Assembly (NCBI GenBank): GCA_963818095.1
Contig: CAWFRA010000011.1
Span: forward strand, 60,074 to 124,073
DNA from: an uncultured delta proteobacterium
GTDB taxonomy: Bacteria > Desulfobacterota > Syntrophorhabdia > Syntrophorhabdales > WCHB1-27
Direction of reading: 5' to 3'
DNA length: 64,000 nt
Shown piece after piece: positions 29,918-42,431 of this stretch. The translations under genes and the position numbers were made by a program. The notes beneath the pieces were generated by a model. It was not told where the DNA came from. It did not search any database and saw only the letters and a list, made by a program, of their open reading frames with translations. Numbering within the stretch: the first letter of the stretch is position 1; every line of letters begins with the position of its first letter.

Positions 29918-31564
29918 CTATCCCTTGCCGAGCTTTTCCTTGATGTCTTCCCTCAGGACTTTCTTGTCGACCTTGCCGACCTTCGTCATAGGCAGGTCCT
30001 CTACGAACTCGACCCTCTCCGGCAGCTGCTGCACTGACGCGCCCTTCGATTTCAGGAAGGCGACGATCTCTTCGAACTTAAGCCCTGCGCCCGGCTTCGT
30101 TTTGACGTAGGCGCAGATCCTTTCGCCCAGGACGGCGTCGGGCATGCCGACTACGGCGCTGTCTTCGATCTCCGGATGGGCCGCCAGCCGGTTCTCGATC
30201 TCTACGGCGCTTATCTTCTCTCCGCCTCTGTTGATGATGTCTTTGATCCGTCCGGTGATCGTGATATTCCCGGCGTTGTCTTTACGCGCCCTGTCGCCCG
30301 TCTTGAAAAAACCATCGGGCGTAAAGATGTCTTTGTTCTCTTCGGGCGACTTGAAATAACCGGTGAAGATGCCGGGCCCCTTCGAGACCAGCTCGCCTTC
30401 GGAGCCGGCCGGCACCTCGTTGCCCGCCTCGTTGATGATCTTTATCGTATCGTATGGACAGGCCGGCCTGCCCACGCTGCCGAGGATGATCTCGGCGCTG
30501 TCTCCCGGCCGCGTCGAGATGTTGGTGCCTTCGGAGGAGCCGAAGGCGTTTATAACGATGCAATGAAGCTTCTGGTTGGCTGCCGTCAGCAGCTCCGGCG
30601 TTGAGGGCGCGCCCCCCAGGCAGACTTTTTTGAGCGAGGCGAGGTCGTATTTTTCCAGGCCGTCCACCCCGATCATCCTCGTGATAAGCGCGGGGACGGA
30701 AGGGATGGCGGTAACCCGCTCCTTCTGGACCCATTCGCATATGTCCTCGCCCGTCGAGGAATCGAGAAGTACCAGTTTGGCGCAATTCAGCAGAGCGGCC
30801 CCGATGCCCCAGTGCATGGCCATGCTGTGTCCCACCGGCGTGATAACCATGATCGTGTCTTCCGCCGTGATGTTCCATGCCCGCGCGTGGTACTCGACGT
30901 TCACGATGTAGGAGTTGTGCGTGCGGACGCTCGCCTTCGGCAGGCCCGTCGTCCCGCCGGTCGGCATGATATGGGATACCTCGTCCGGGTCGGGCCTCAT
31001 GTTCTCCAGGGCCTTGAAATCCTCCGGCGTCGGCTCCGTGGCGTCTATCAACTCTTCCATCGTCGGATAAGGGCCTTTCTTTCCCGCACGCAGGTTGATG
31101 ACGTGCTTAAGCTGCGGGTTTTCCTTCAATACTGCATCGATGATCGGCTGGTAATCGATCTTGCCGTACTGCTTCGGCACCACCCAGGCGACGGGCTTCG
31201 TAAGCGCCGCGATATGGTTGATCTCCGACTCGTTGTGGCGCGGAATGAGGAGCACCGTCAGGGCGCCGATCTTCTGCATGGCAAAGAAGGCCACTATATA
31301 CTCGTGCCAGTTGGGGAATTGGAGAAGCACCCAGTCGCGCTGCTTCACGCCGAGCTTCATCAGCGCGATCGCAAAGCGGTCCATCTCCCGGCGCAACTCG
31401 CCGTAAGTGAAGCTCCCCGTTCCGTCGACAAGGCCTATCCTGTCCGGGTAGATATCGGACGCCCTGTCGAGCAGGTCGCTCCACGTAAGGCCGAGCCACC
31501 AGCGCCTGCGGTTGTACTTCTCCCTGTCTTCTTTTGCGTATTCCGTAAAGCCTTCGATTGCCAT
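29918..31564 (-). CDS. AMP-binding aryl/acyl-CoA ligase (DhbE/EntE-like)
   Basis: PTGGTTGLPK, FGSSEG, FFKTGD, GRIKDIINRGGEKI, TKVGKVDK. Confidence 0.9.
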   Translation of the reverse strand: MAIEGFTEYAKEDREKYNRRRWWLGLTWSDLLDRASDIYPDRIGLVDGTGSFTYGELRREMDRFAIALMKLGVKQRDWVLLQFPNWHEYIVAFFAMQKIGALTVLLIPRHNESEINHIAALTKPVAWVVPKQYGKIDYQPIIDAVLKENPQLKHVINLRAGKKGPYPTMEELIDATEPTPEDFKALENMRPDPDEVSHIMPTGGTTGLPKASVRTHNSYIVNVEYHARAWNITAEDTIMVITPVGHSMAMHWGIGAALLNCAKLVLLDSSTGEDICEWVQKERVTAIPSVPALITRMIGVDGLEKYDLASLKKVCLGGAPSTPELLTAANQKLHCIVINAFGSSEGTNISTRPGDSAEIILGSVGRPACPYDTIKIINEAGNEVPAGSEGELVSKGPGIFTGYFKSPEENKDIFTPDGFFKTGDRARKDNAGNITITGRIKDIINRGGEKISAVEIENRLAAHPEIEDSAVVGMPDAVLGERICAYVKTKPGAGLKFEEIVAFLKSKGASVQQLPERVEFVEDLPMTKVGKVDKKVLREDIKEKLGKG

Positions 31565-31647
31565 GAAGAAACCCCTTCCTGTATTTTTAGCACTGATACG
31601 CTGTATGCCTGGCCGGCTTAACGTCGCCTGCTCTCAAAACAATGACA

Positions 31648-31793
31648 GGGGCCGGGTCAGGTCGGAGAGATTTCCGATGGATTTCGCGTTGCTTTTCGAC
31701 GGCGCGCGGCGGAGCGTACTGTCGTACGCGAGCACGCTGCGCCGAGAAAACGACGCGAAAGACGCGGAAAGATCCCGACCTGCTCCGGCCCCC
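31648..31793. repeat. long imperfect inverted repeat (MITE/REP-like or structured RNA)
   Basis: Nested arm pairs GGGGCCGG/CCGGCCCC, CAGGTCGG/CCGACCTG, TTTCCG/CGGAAA, TTTCGCGT/ACGCGAAA, CGGCGC/GCGCCG, GCGTAC/GTACGC. Confidence 0.75.
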
Positions 31794-31799
31794 TTAAAG

Positions 31800-32865
31800 C
31801 TAGTACTGATACGCCGTAGGTATCTTCTTTGCCTTCTCCTGGGCCTTCCAGTATTCGATGCGCTCCTTGATGAAGCTTATCCAGGCATCGACCTCGGCGG
31901 CTTTGTAGCCTTTGGCTGTCATGTCTTTTTTGAAGTCGGCTATGACAGGCTGTGCCGCCTTTACCCACCTGGCGCTCTCGGCGTCGGATATGGGGATTAT
32001 CTGGCCGCCCTGCTTCTTGAACCAGTCGCCGCCCTCGATGTCGATGCGGTTCCACTCGACGAGCCACTGATCCAAGAACTCGCCCTTGGAGTAGTCGGTA
32101 ATGATCTTCTGGACGTCTGCGGGCAGGCTGTTCCACTTGTTCTTGTTCATGATTACATAGAAGGAGAAGACGCTGCCTATCTTCCAGGAGGCCGTGACGT
32201 ACTTCTCTACCTCGCCGATCTTGAACCCTTTGAGCTGCTCTAATGGGACCGAAGTTGCCTTCCACTACGCCGCGGCGCAGGGCCTCATAGGTATCGACGA
32301 TCTCGATAGGCATCGGGACTGCGCCCAGTGCGCGGGCTATGTCGCCTATCCTGCCGGGACCCCGGAGCTTCATGCCCTTTATGTCTTCCAAGGCCTTTAC
32401 GGGCTTATTGAGCGACTGGAGGACGTTGACGGGGCTTGTCGAGAACATGATGGGATGGAAGGCGTCCCATTCCTTCGGCTTGAACTTGTCATAGAAGTCG
32501 TTGGAGACGTGGCCCGCGATCCAGGGGCTCGGGAACCCTATAGGCAGCTCCATGATCTCCATTACGGGGAAGCGGCCGCGGGTGTACGAGCAGTGGGAGA
32601 AGCCGATGTCGGCAATGCCCGTCAGTACGCCCGGGGCGATCTTGGGGGCGGTAAGGAGCGTGCCGCCCGTATACTGTGTTATCTCCACCTTGCCCGCGAG
32701 CTTCTTGTTAAGCTCGTCGGCCCACTTGCCGAGCATGACCGAGTTCATGTGGACGGGCGGGAAGTAGTTGGCCAGCTTCAGCTTGATCACATCCGCGCCT
32801 GCGATGGAAGAGAACGATAGAAAAAGCGCCAGGACACACAAAAAGACCGTCAGTTTTCTTAGCAT
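31800..32865 (-). CDS. TRAP transporter substrate-binding protein DctP (frameshift near 32245)
   Basis: Signal peptide, YTRGRFP, DIKGMKLR, LGAVP, MNKNKWNSLP.DVQK. Confidence 0.9.
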
Positions 32866-32917
32866 CTTGTTACCCCCTTTGAAGGTTTTTTGCCTACCTT
32901 TATACCCCTTACCCCTC

Positions 32918-34222
32918 TTACTTGCCATAGAAGACCGAAGGCAGCCAGAGGGCAAGCTGCGGGAAGACGAACATAAGGCCCCAGACGAAGACTAAAGAGA
33001 GCAGGAACGGGGCCACGCCTCTGTATATGCGGCTCATCGGCTCCTTCGTGATGTTCTTTACGACGAAGACGCAGACTGCGACAGGCGGGATGACGACGCC
33101 GATCATGACGACAACGCCGATCACTATCCCGAACCACAACGGGCTGAAGCCGAGCTTCAAGACGGCCGGATAGAAGATCGGGGTCGCAAGGATCATAAAG
33201 GCCAAATCGTCGATAAAGGAGCCCCCCAGCTCGTAGACAAAGCAGATGAGTATCATGATTACGTACCGGTTCAGGGGCAGGGCGACTACCCAGTCGGCCA
33301 CGGCCTGGGGGATGTTGGTCACTGCGATGAAGTGGCCGAGTATGGTCGAGCCTGCGATCAGCATTAAGATCATGCCTGCCGTGCGGGTGGCCTCGGCAAG
33401 CGAGAGCACGTACTTCTTGAAGTTCATGTTCCGGGTGGCTATCGATAGGATGAAGATGGCGAAGGTGCCTACTGCGCCTGCTTCCGTCGGCGTGAAGTAG
33501 CCGGCCATCATGCCGCCGACGACGACGAGGAAGACGAGGACGATCCAGACGACCTCCGGCAGGCTCCTTGCCCTATCCCCCCAGCTTGACTTCGCAGACA
33601 ATGGTGCGGCCTTAGGGTACAACTTGGCCCACCCGTAGATGATGAAAAGGAAGAGGAAGGCGATCAGAAAGCCGGGGATCATGCCTGCCAGAAAGAGCTG
33701 GCCTATCGACTGCTCGGTCAATATGCCGAATATGATGAGGACGACGGAGGGAGGGATTATGCAGCCTAAGCTTCCGACCGTTGCGACGATGCCGGTCGAG
33801 AGCCTCCTGTCGTAGCCGAAGCGGTCCATCTCGGGGACTGCGACGGCCGCGAAGGTGGCCGAGGTTGCGGCCGACGAGCCGCAGATCGCCTTGAACCCCG
33901 TGGCGCCTATGACGGTCGCCATGGCGAGGCCGCCGGGGATGTGCCCCACGAACTTATTGGCGGCCGAATAGAGCCTGACCGCAATGCCGGCGTTGAAGCC
34001 TATCTGGCCCATGAGGATGAACAGGGGGAAGACCGTGTAGCCGTAGTTCGTGATGACGTCGTAGACGTCCCTTCCCAGGAGGTTCATTGCGGCGGATAAG
34101 CCGTTGAAGTAAGCGAAGCCGCAGAAGCCGACCGCGGCCATGGCGAACCCCAGCTCTATGCCCGTAGAGAAGAGGGCCAGAAGTACGATGAGCGCGACGA
34201 TGCCTATGGTTATCTCATTCAT
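32918..34222 (-). CDS. TRAP transporter large permease DctM
   Basis: PLFILMG, GSSAAT, GSLGCIIPPS, FTPTEAG. Confidence 0.93.
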   Translation of the reverse strand: MNEITIGIVALIVLLALFSTGIELGFAMAAVGFCGFAYFNGLSAAMNLLGRDVYDVITNYGYTVFPLFILMGQIGFNAGIAVRLYSAANKFVGHIPGGLAMATVIGATGFKAICGSSAATSATFAAVAVPEMDRFGYDRRLSTGIVATVGSLGCIIPPSVVLIIFGILTEQSIGQLFLAGMIPGFLIAFLFLFIIYGWAKLYPKAAPLSAKSSWGDRARSLPEVVWIVLVFLVVVGGMMAGYFTPTEAGAVGTFAIFILSIATRNMNFKKYVLSLAEATRTAGMILMLIAGSTILGHFIAVTNIPQAVADWVVALPLNRYVIMILICFVYELGGSFIDDLAFMILATPIFYPAVLKLGFSPLWFGIVIGVVVMIGVVIPPVAVCVFVVKNITKEPMSRIYRGVAPFLLSLVFVWGLMFVFPQLALWLPSVFYGK

Positions 34223-34701
34223 AATGGCCCCTCCAGATCTTCACGATCTGCGATATAAAGACTACGCATTCTATGAAGCAGCAAACCCCCACCGCGTAGG
34301 CTATCGGGTAGAAGGGGAGCCTGATCGTAGGAGAGACCTCGCCTGATGCGTGGAACTCTGCGCCTACGCTGAACAGGTTGTAGGCGATCAGGAGGAAAAG
34401 GCAGAGGCAGATGACGCCGCGTGAATGTGTTGAAGACGGCCTTGGCCTTCGTGCCGAGCTTCTCCAGGACTATTTCCATATAGACGTGGCTCTTGTCCAG
34501 GGAGACCCTGGGGATGCCGAACCCTATGACGAGGGCGAGAGCGAGGCTGACTACTTCGTAGGTGCCGACGAGCGGATGGCCGAGGGCGCGGCAGACAATG
34601 TCTGCGACGGTAAGAAACATCATGAAGGTAAGGGCGGCGCTGGCAATGACGTTAAGCACCGCCTTGCAAACCCTCAGGAAAAGGTCGAGAGCGTTTTCCA
34701 T
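34219..34701 (-). CDS. TRAP transporter small permease DctQ (frameshift near 34415)
   Basis: Hydrophobic, DIVCR...GTYEVV, HVYME; upstream of dctM. Confidence 0.85.
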   Translation of the reverse strand: MENALDLFLRVCKAVLNVIASAALTFMMFLTVADIVCRALGHPLVGTYEVVSLALALVIGFGIPRVSLDKSHVYMEIVLEKLGTKAKAVFNTFTRRHLPLPFPPDRLQPVQRRRRVPRIRRGLSYDQAPLLPDSLRGGGLLLHRMRSLYIADREDLEGPL

Positions 34702-34889
34702 TGAATCCCCCTCTTTAAGTCCATGTTACAGACTATCATTCATGAAAATCGCGTCGATGGCTCGAATGTAGCGGCTTAGCTCGTGCAGAACATCGGAGAC
34801 CTCCCGTACCATGCACCACGCGTAACTCCAGTTGCCCGATGAAGCAGGGCTTAGTGAGATAATATGCGGCGCCGGCCCCTCAAAGTACG

Positions 34890-34912
34890 GCCATTTTACT
34901 CAATAAAATGGC
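34890..34912. promoter_or_regulatory. perfect inverted repeat upstream of the TRAP operon (candidate operator)
   Basis: GCCATTTTA-CTCAA-TAAAATGGC. Confidence 0.45.
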
Positions 34913-34948
34913 GTTTCTTCTAATTGTTGCCTTTTTAGGAAAAGATTG

Positions 34949-35206
34949 TCAAGAGAAATCTCGGAGTACCTTTTCGACCTCGTCTTCCGGGAGAGGAATG
35001 GAGATTATTTTCCTTCTGTCCTTACGGCCGGATACGATAGCGACCTCTCGTTTCTTCAGCCCGAAGGTCTCCGCCACGTAGTCGATCAGCTCTTCGTTGG
35101 CCCTGCCCTTCTCCGGCCTGGCCGTGAGCCTTATGGTGATGCGGCCGCCGTCCAGGCGCATCCCGCGCTTCCCGGCGCCCGTAATCACCTTGACTTCGAG
35201 GTTCAC
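34949..35206 (-). CDS. DUF167 (YggU) family protein
   Basis: PEKGRANEELI, VAIVSG..RRK; follows yggT. Confidence 0.88.
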   Translation of the reverse strand: MNLEVKVITGAGKRGMRLDGGRITIRLTARPEKGRANEELIDYVAETFGLKKREVAIVSGRKDRRKIISIPLPEDEVEKVLRDFS

Positions 35207-35502
35207 CGCAGCCTGTTTCCGAGATCGACGAGCACGCGAACAAGGAACGCCTGGGCGAACCAGATGAGCGCGATCAGTATGATGGGTGATATATCGACCA
35301 TGCCTATCCGCGTAGGTATGATCCGCGAGATGCGGTAGGTGACAGGATCGACGAGGTTGGTGATAAACCTGACGATGGGGTTATACGGGTCGGGCCTCAC
35401 CCAGGAAAGCAGCGCGCGGACAATCACGACAAGCATGTATACGCTGAGCAGCTTATCGATGATGATCCCGATTGCGACCAGAAAATCCCCGGCTACGAAC
35501 AT
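35203..35502 (-). CDS. yggT: YggT family membrane protein
   Basis: LSWVRPDPYNPIV, DISPII. Confidence 0.92.
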   Translation of the reverse strand: MFVAGDFLVAIGIIIDKLLSVYMLVVIVRALLSWVRPDPYNPIVRFITNLVDPVTYRISRIIPTRIGMVDISPIILIALIWFAQAFLVRVLVDLGNRLR

Positions 35503-36767
35503 ACCGGCCCTCCCATCAGTCTCCCGTCCTGCATGTCCTCTATTGTAACGTCAACGAGATTATTTTCAAGCGTTTTTTCATAGGGGATGTAGACGGGCAG
35601 GTAATTGTCGGAAAACCCCCTCATGAGCCTGCCCCGGTAAACCTTGCATCTCAGGGACGATGCGCACCGTCTTGCCGACGTGTGCCGCGCATGAAGGCTC
35701 CCTCTTTCGCGCGTCGGCCGCTTTGAGCGGCTTCGCGCGCCTTCTTTTGACCCCTTCCGCCACCTTGCCTTCAAAGGCGGACGCCCTTGCGCCTTCCCTG
35801 TCGGAATAGGGAAACACGTGGAGGTAGGAAACGTCTAGGTCCTCGACCATCCGCAGGGTCGCCGCTGAAATCCTCCTCGTCCTCACCGGGAAAGCCCACC
35901 ATGATGTCCATGCCTATGCCGATGTCCGGGCATGCTGGTTTTGCAGCTTCCCGACAATCGTCGCGTATGGAGGCGCGGAGTACGCCCTGCCCATCGCTGC
36001 GAGGATCCTGTCCGAGCCGCTCTGCACGGGGATGTGGATGCTTTTCGCGATCTTGCGCGGAGGCGGCGATCACCGGGACCAGGCCGTCCACGTAGCCCGG
36101 GTCTACCGAGCTTAAGCGGATCCTCGGCGGGGTCGGGCGCCGCTCCAGGGACACGAGAAGCTCTTTCAGGCCCATCTTCGAATGCGGGGTCGCGGTAGGC
36201 GGCGAGATCGATGCCCGTAAGGACGACTTCCTTGATGCCCTGCGTCGCCAGGGCCTCCATCATGCCTGCGACTTCCCCGGGCGGGCCTGGAGCGGACGGG
36301 CCCCCTGGCGTAGGGGACGATGCAGTAGCTGCAGAACCGGTTGCAGCCGTCCTGTATCTTGAAGAAGAACCTGGTCCGGTCCTTCCCTGCGCCGTCCACC
36401 CGTGCCTGCTCGATGGCCATGTCGCGCACCTGCCCGACGAAGCGGCCGCCGCCCGACAGATACCTTGCCGGCGTCGAATTTCTCCGCCTGGCCCAGCACG
36501 AGGTCTGCGCCGAAATCCCGTCATGGATATACCTGCGCATGGCAGCCGACAAGGGCGATCCTGGCGCGCGGGTTGGCTTCTTTCGCCTTTCTGATGAACC
36601 GCCTTGCATCGACCTCCGCCCTGGCGGTAAGCGAGCAGGCGTTGACGACTACGAGGTCCGCCTGCCCGGCCGCGGCCCGGGTCAAGCCCGCGCCCTCCAG
36701 CCTCTTCTTCGAGTAACGTGGGAATCCCACTGGTTGGCCTTGCACCCGGTGGTGAAGACGAAAAACG

Positions 36768-36771
<4 letters not shown>
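35493..36771 (-). CDS. mtaB: tRNA methylthiotransferase MtaB (several apparent frameshifts)
   Basis: [34 protein letters not shown] radical-SAM motif, [18 protein letters not shown]. Confidence 0.88.
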
Positions 36772-37946
<1,175 letters not shown>

Positions 37947-37956
37947 AAATGCCTCC

Positions 37957-38364
37957 TCACGTGAACCAGACTTGCATCGCCTTCACCGGGCAGACCTTGA
38001 CGCAAAGCTCGCAGGCGACGCATTTCTCGTAGTCGAACCGGACCCGCATCGTCTCCCTGTCGATGTCGAGCGCCTGGGGGGCGCAGACACTCGTGCAAAG
38101 TCCGCAGTGGACGCATTTATCCTCGTCCTTGCTGATGTCCTGGTCGATCGGTCTCTATAGCCACGCCGAGGTCCTGGAGGTAGGCGATCCCTTTCTCGAA
38201 GTTGCCTTCCGGCCTTCCACCTCCAGGACCATCATCGATTCCGCCTCGGCGAGACGTTTGCCCGCAGGATGGTGTAGACGAGGTCGAAATCCTTGCGCCA
38301 GGCGGTAGACTATCGGCTTGTCTATGGCGTTCCTTTGAAATCTCAGGATTATCCTCTTTTTCAT
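37957..38364 (-). CDS. NIL domain plus 2x[4Fe-4S] ferredoxin (frameshifted)
   Basis: KRIILRF...DKPIVYRL NIL-type N-term; CVHCGLCTSVC and CVACELCVKVCP. Confidence 0.85.
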
Positions 38365-39097
38365 TTATCCCTCACAATGAAATGAGATCGACATCCCCCC
38401 AGGCGCCCAGCTGTCTTGCCCATGATAATGACAATGGCGCTGACGCCTGGAAACGCCTTGCCCTCCTCCAGGGCCGCCGGCGATGTCGTCTTCTTTATGT
38501 ACGATATTTCCGAGCCTCGTTGCAAGACCATCGGAAAAAAGCGACGAGCGGCCGACGACGCAGACGGCGTCTGCCCGGCCGAAGCTGAGCGAAGGGCCGA
38601 CGGTCGCCGACGACGTGCAAATGCCGTATGCCTCTTCCGAGGGCTTGAGCTTCATGCCGATCTGCTCGCTGTAAGGCGAGTCCTTGGCATAGATCGATAC
38701 CTTCCGCTCGTGCCGCGTCCGAAGGAAGATGTCGCCCCCGTTCTCTATAATGTACTCATCCGATTTGGGTTCGAGCGTCCCTTCCTATAAACTCGGCCAC
38801 GGCCCCGGCGACGCATGCCATCGGGCCGCACGCCGACTGCCGATGAGGCCTCCAGCATCTCCCGGGCGATTTTCGGTGCGAGAGGGTCGGCCGCAAGAGG
38901 CGCCAGGCTGCTTGCGAATTCCGGCCTCTGCCGGATGTACGCCTCCAGCTGGTTACGGTAGAAAAGCGTCCTTTCCTCTATGAAAGCCTTCAGGTCCGAC
39001 GACGTGCAGCAGAAAAGGTCCGTCTCCTTGCAGACGACTTCGTAGCAGACAAGGTCGGCGGCCTCGATACGCTCCTGTAGGTGCGCTCTTCATACAT
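38365..39097 (-). CDS. UPF0280 (ApbE-like) family protein (frameshifted)
   Basis: [46 protein letters not shown]. Confidence 0.85.
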
Positions 39098-39753
39098 CGC
39101 CTTCTCGCTTCGCACCTCCCGTCCTCCAGTTGGCTCAGCCGTTCCTCCACAAGCCGGACCCTGTCGAGGAGGGAGGTGATGGCCTTCCCTTGAGGGTCGG
39201 GCATGAATTCCGTGTCGAGGGCGATCCTCTTGTCGCCTTCCACCCTGAAGACGACCTTGCCCGGTATGCCCACGACGATCGAGTTGGGGGGGATGTCGTG
39301 GATGACTACGGAGTTGGCGCCTATGCGCGTGTTGTCCCCTATGCGTACGGGCCCGAGTATCTTCGCGCCCGCGCCCATGACTACGTTATTGCCGATGGTG
39401 GGGTGCCTTTTCCCCTTCTCCCACGTCGTCCCGCCGAGGGTCACGCCGTGGTACATCGTCACCCCGTCGCCCACCTCCGCCGTCTCCCCGATAACGACGC
39501 CCATCCCGTGGTCGATAAAGAAGGATTTGCCTATCTGCGCGCCGGGGTGTATCTCTATCCCCGTGAGGAACCTGCCGACGTGCGAGACGAAACGACCCGT
39601 GACGCGCATCCCATGGCCCCAGAGCCAATGGGCGACGCGATAGAAAAGGAGGGCGTGGAAGCCGGGATAGGCAAGGAAAATCTCGACGACGCTCCTCGCC
39701 GCCGGGTCCCTCCTGAAGATCTCCCGCACGTCTTCTCTCAGTCTTGAAAACAT
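39090..39753 (-). CDS. cysE: serine O-acetyltransferase
   Basis: [46 protein letters not shown]. Confidence 0.96.
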
Positions 39754-39775
39754 CGTAATGAGCCTATTATACAAC

Positions 39776-39800
39776 AATCTTGACCATCTTTGTCAACTTA
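39776..39800. promoter_or_regulatory. IscR/Rrf2-like palindrome overlapping the cysE promoter
   Basis: AATCTTGAC-CATCTTT-GTCAACTT next to minus-strand TGTATAAT. Confidence 0.55.
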
Positions 39801-39903
39801 AGGACGGGCAGGTCCGCTGCGTCCGGTCAATGCGGACGGGGCTTCCAGCTTGCTTTTTTACCTTGAAAGCGTTACTTTTGTTTGTAGCACTTGGAAGCAT
39901 ATA

Positions 39904-41140
39904 GTGAAAAATATCCTCGCGATGATCCTGGCGGGCGGCCGGGTGGACGAGCTTGACGTGCTCACATTCCTGCGCCCAAAATCCGTCCTGCCCTTCGGTG
40001 CGCTTTACCGCATAATCGATTTCCCTATGAGCAACCTGATGAACTCAGGTATCGAGAAGGTGGGCATCCTCTCCCAATACAGGCCGTTCCATCTCATCAA
40101 CCATATAGCCAACGGCCATCCGTGGGACATGGTCGGGAGGAACAGGTTTGCCCTTATCCTGCCGCCATTCAAGGGGAAAGATGCATCCGACTGGTACAAG
40201 GGCACGGCCGACGCGGTCTACCAGAACACCGACTTCATCAAGATGTACAACCCGGACCTGGTGCTCATACTCTCGGGCGACCACATATACAAAATGGACT
40301 ACCAGGCGGTAATAGATTTCCATATCGAGAAAAAGGCGGACCTCACCATCGCCTTCACCAGCGTCCCCAGGGAAGGGGCCGACCGCTTCGGCCAGGGCCT
40401 GATAGACGACGAGGAGCCGAGGGGCGGCCGGGTCGTCCGGTACGCCGAAAAACCGCGTAAGGCCCTTTTCGATTGGGCCTCGCTGACGATCTACGTATTC
40501 AACCCCGCCGTCCTGTTCGAGGCCCTCGAAGAAAACGCCAGGAAAGAGTCGCACGAGTTCGGCCGTGACATCATACCCGCCCTGCTCGGCAGGGCCAGGA
40601 TTTACGGCTACAAGCACAGGGGCTACTGGGGTTACACGCGCACGCTGGAAGAGTACTGGCGGACGAGCATGGAGCTTTTGGGCGAGCGGCCGAAGATCGA
40701 CCTCGACGCCTGGCAGCTAAGGACCAACCTCGCGCACAAGGAGATAAGGGACAGGCAGCCTGCCATCCTCGGCCCCTCTGCCGCCATCGAGGACTCTTTG
40801 CTCTACCTCGGATGCGACGTGAGAGGCAAGGTCTTCCGCTCCCTTCTTTTCCCCGGCGTAAAGGTCGAGGAGGGCGCAGTGGTGGAGGACTCGATACTCT
40901 TCTTCGACACGGTGGTCGGCAGGGAGGCCGGGTTTCAAGGACGATTGCGGACATCGGCGTGCGCATAGGACGCGCAGGCGCGGATCGGCGAGCAGGGGCG
41001 GCAGAGCTTTCGGTCATAGGGACGGAAAGCGACGTGCCGGGCGGGGTGACGATGCGGCCAGGGCGTTACCGTCTACCCGAGGGTGGAGGCCGGCCCGGTT
41101 CACGAGAAGCGAGTACAAGAGCGGCGAGATAATAAAATGA
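39904..41140 (+). CDS. glucose-1-phosphate adenylyltransferase family, GlgD-like (frameshifted C-term)
   Basis: [34 protein letters not shown]; atypical LAGGRVDEL loop. Confidence 0.85.
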
Positions 41141-42396
41141 GGAACGTGGTGGCCCTCCTTCTTGCCGGAGGCGTCGGGAGCAGGCTCAACATCCTCGTCC
41201 AGTACAGGGCGAAGCCCGCCGTCCCCTTCGGCGGCATCTATCGTATAATCGATTTCACTTTGAGCAACATAGCGAACAGCGGCCTGACGCGCGTGGCAGT
41301 CCTCACCCAGTACAAGCCCCTGTCCCTCATGGACCACATCGGTGACGGGTCGGCCTGGGACATGGCGGGCAGGACACGGGGCATCAAGCATCCTTCCCCC
41401 CAAAGACGGGAGAGAAGGACTGGGATTGGTACAAGGGCACGGCAGACGCAGTGCGGCAGAACCTGAGCTTCATCTCTTCCGACCGGTATAGCGAGGTGCT
41501 CGTCCTGTCGGGCGACCACGTTTACTGCATGGACTACGGGCCGCTCGTCGCCTTCCACAGGGAGCGTAAGGCGCACGTCACCATAGGGATGATACCAGTG
41601 TCGCCGGAAGAGACGCGCCACTTCGGCACGGCCACGCTGGACAGAACAGGAGGATCGTCGACTGGCAGGAAAAGGCCGCAAAGGCCCGGTCGAACCTCGC
41701 CTCCATGGGCATCTACGTCTTCGACAGGGCAATACCTGACCGCGACCCTGAAGAAGACGAAGGAAGAGGATTTCGGAAAGCAGATCATCCCCAGGGCCTT
41801 AAAAGAGGCCCACGTCTACGGTTATCCTTTCGAGGGCTACTGGAGGGACGTGGGGACGATGCAGGCGTACTGGGATGCGAACATGGACCTCCTGAAGGCC
41901 GATTCCGGGCTAACGCCCGAGGCCTGCGACATACGGACGAACCATGCGGCCGAGGCGCTGCCGTACGACCGCGCGCCTGCGCGGATAAGCGCCTCCGCGC
42001 GCGCGGTCAACTCCGCCGTCTCCCCCGGTTGCGTCGTCTCCGGTGCAGTCGAAGGTTCGGTCCTCTCTCCGGGCGTCGTGATCGAAAAAGGCGCGTTCGT
42101 CAAGGACTCCATCATCATGCACGATACGGTCATCAGGCAGGGGGCGCGCATAGAGCGGTCGGTCACTGGACAAAGAGATCGTTGTCGGTGAAAATGCGGT
42201 TATCGGCAGCGGAGACGCAAAACGACCGAATGCGCGCTTCCCCGACCACCTTTATTCGGGCCTTACGCTGATCGGCAAGAAGGCGTCGATACCGCCCGAC
42301 GCGCGTATCGGGACGAACTGCATCGTCTTCCCCCTGGTCGGCAAGAAGGGCCTGCGCTCCCTCAGCCTCGCGGACGGCGGGACGGTCGAGAAATAA
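41137..42396 (+). CDS. glgC: glucose-1-phosphate adenylyltransferase (several frameshifts)
   Basis: [40 protein letters not shown]. Confidence 0.9.
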
Positions 42397-42431
42397 AAAA
42401 GGCCCGCTGCCCCTTTCGCCCTTTCATTTTC

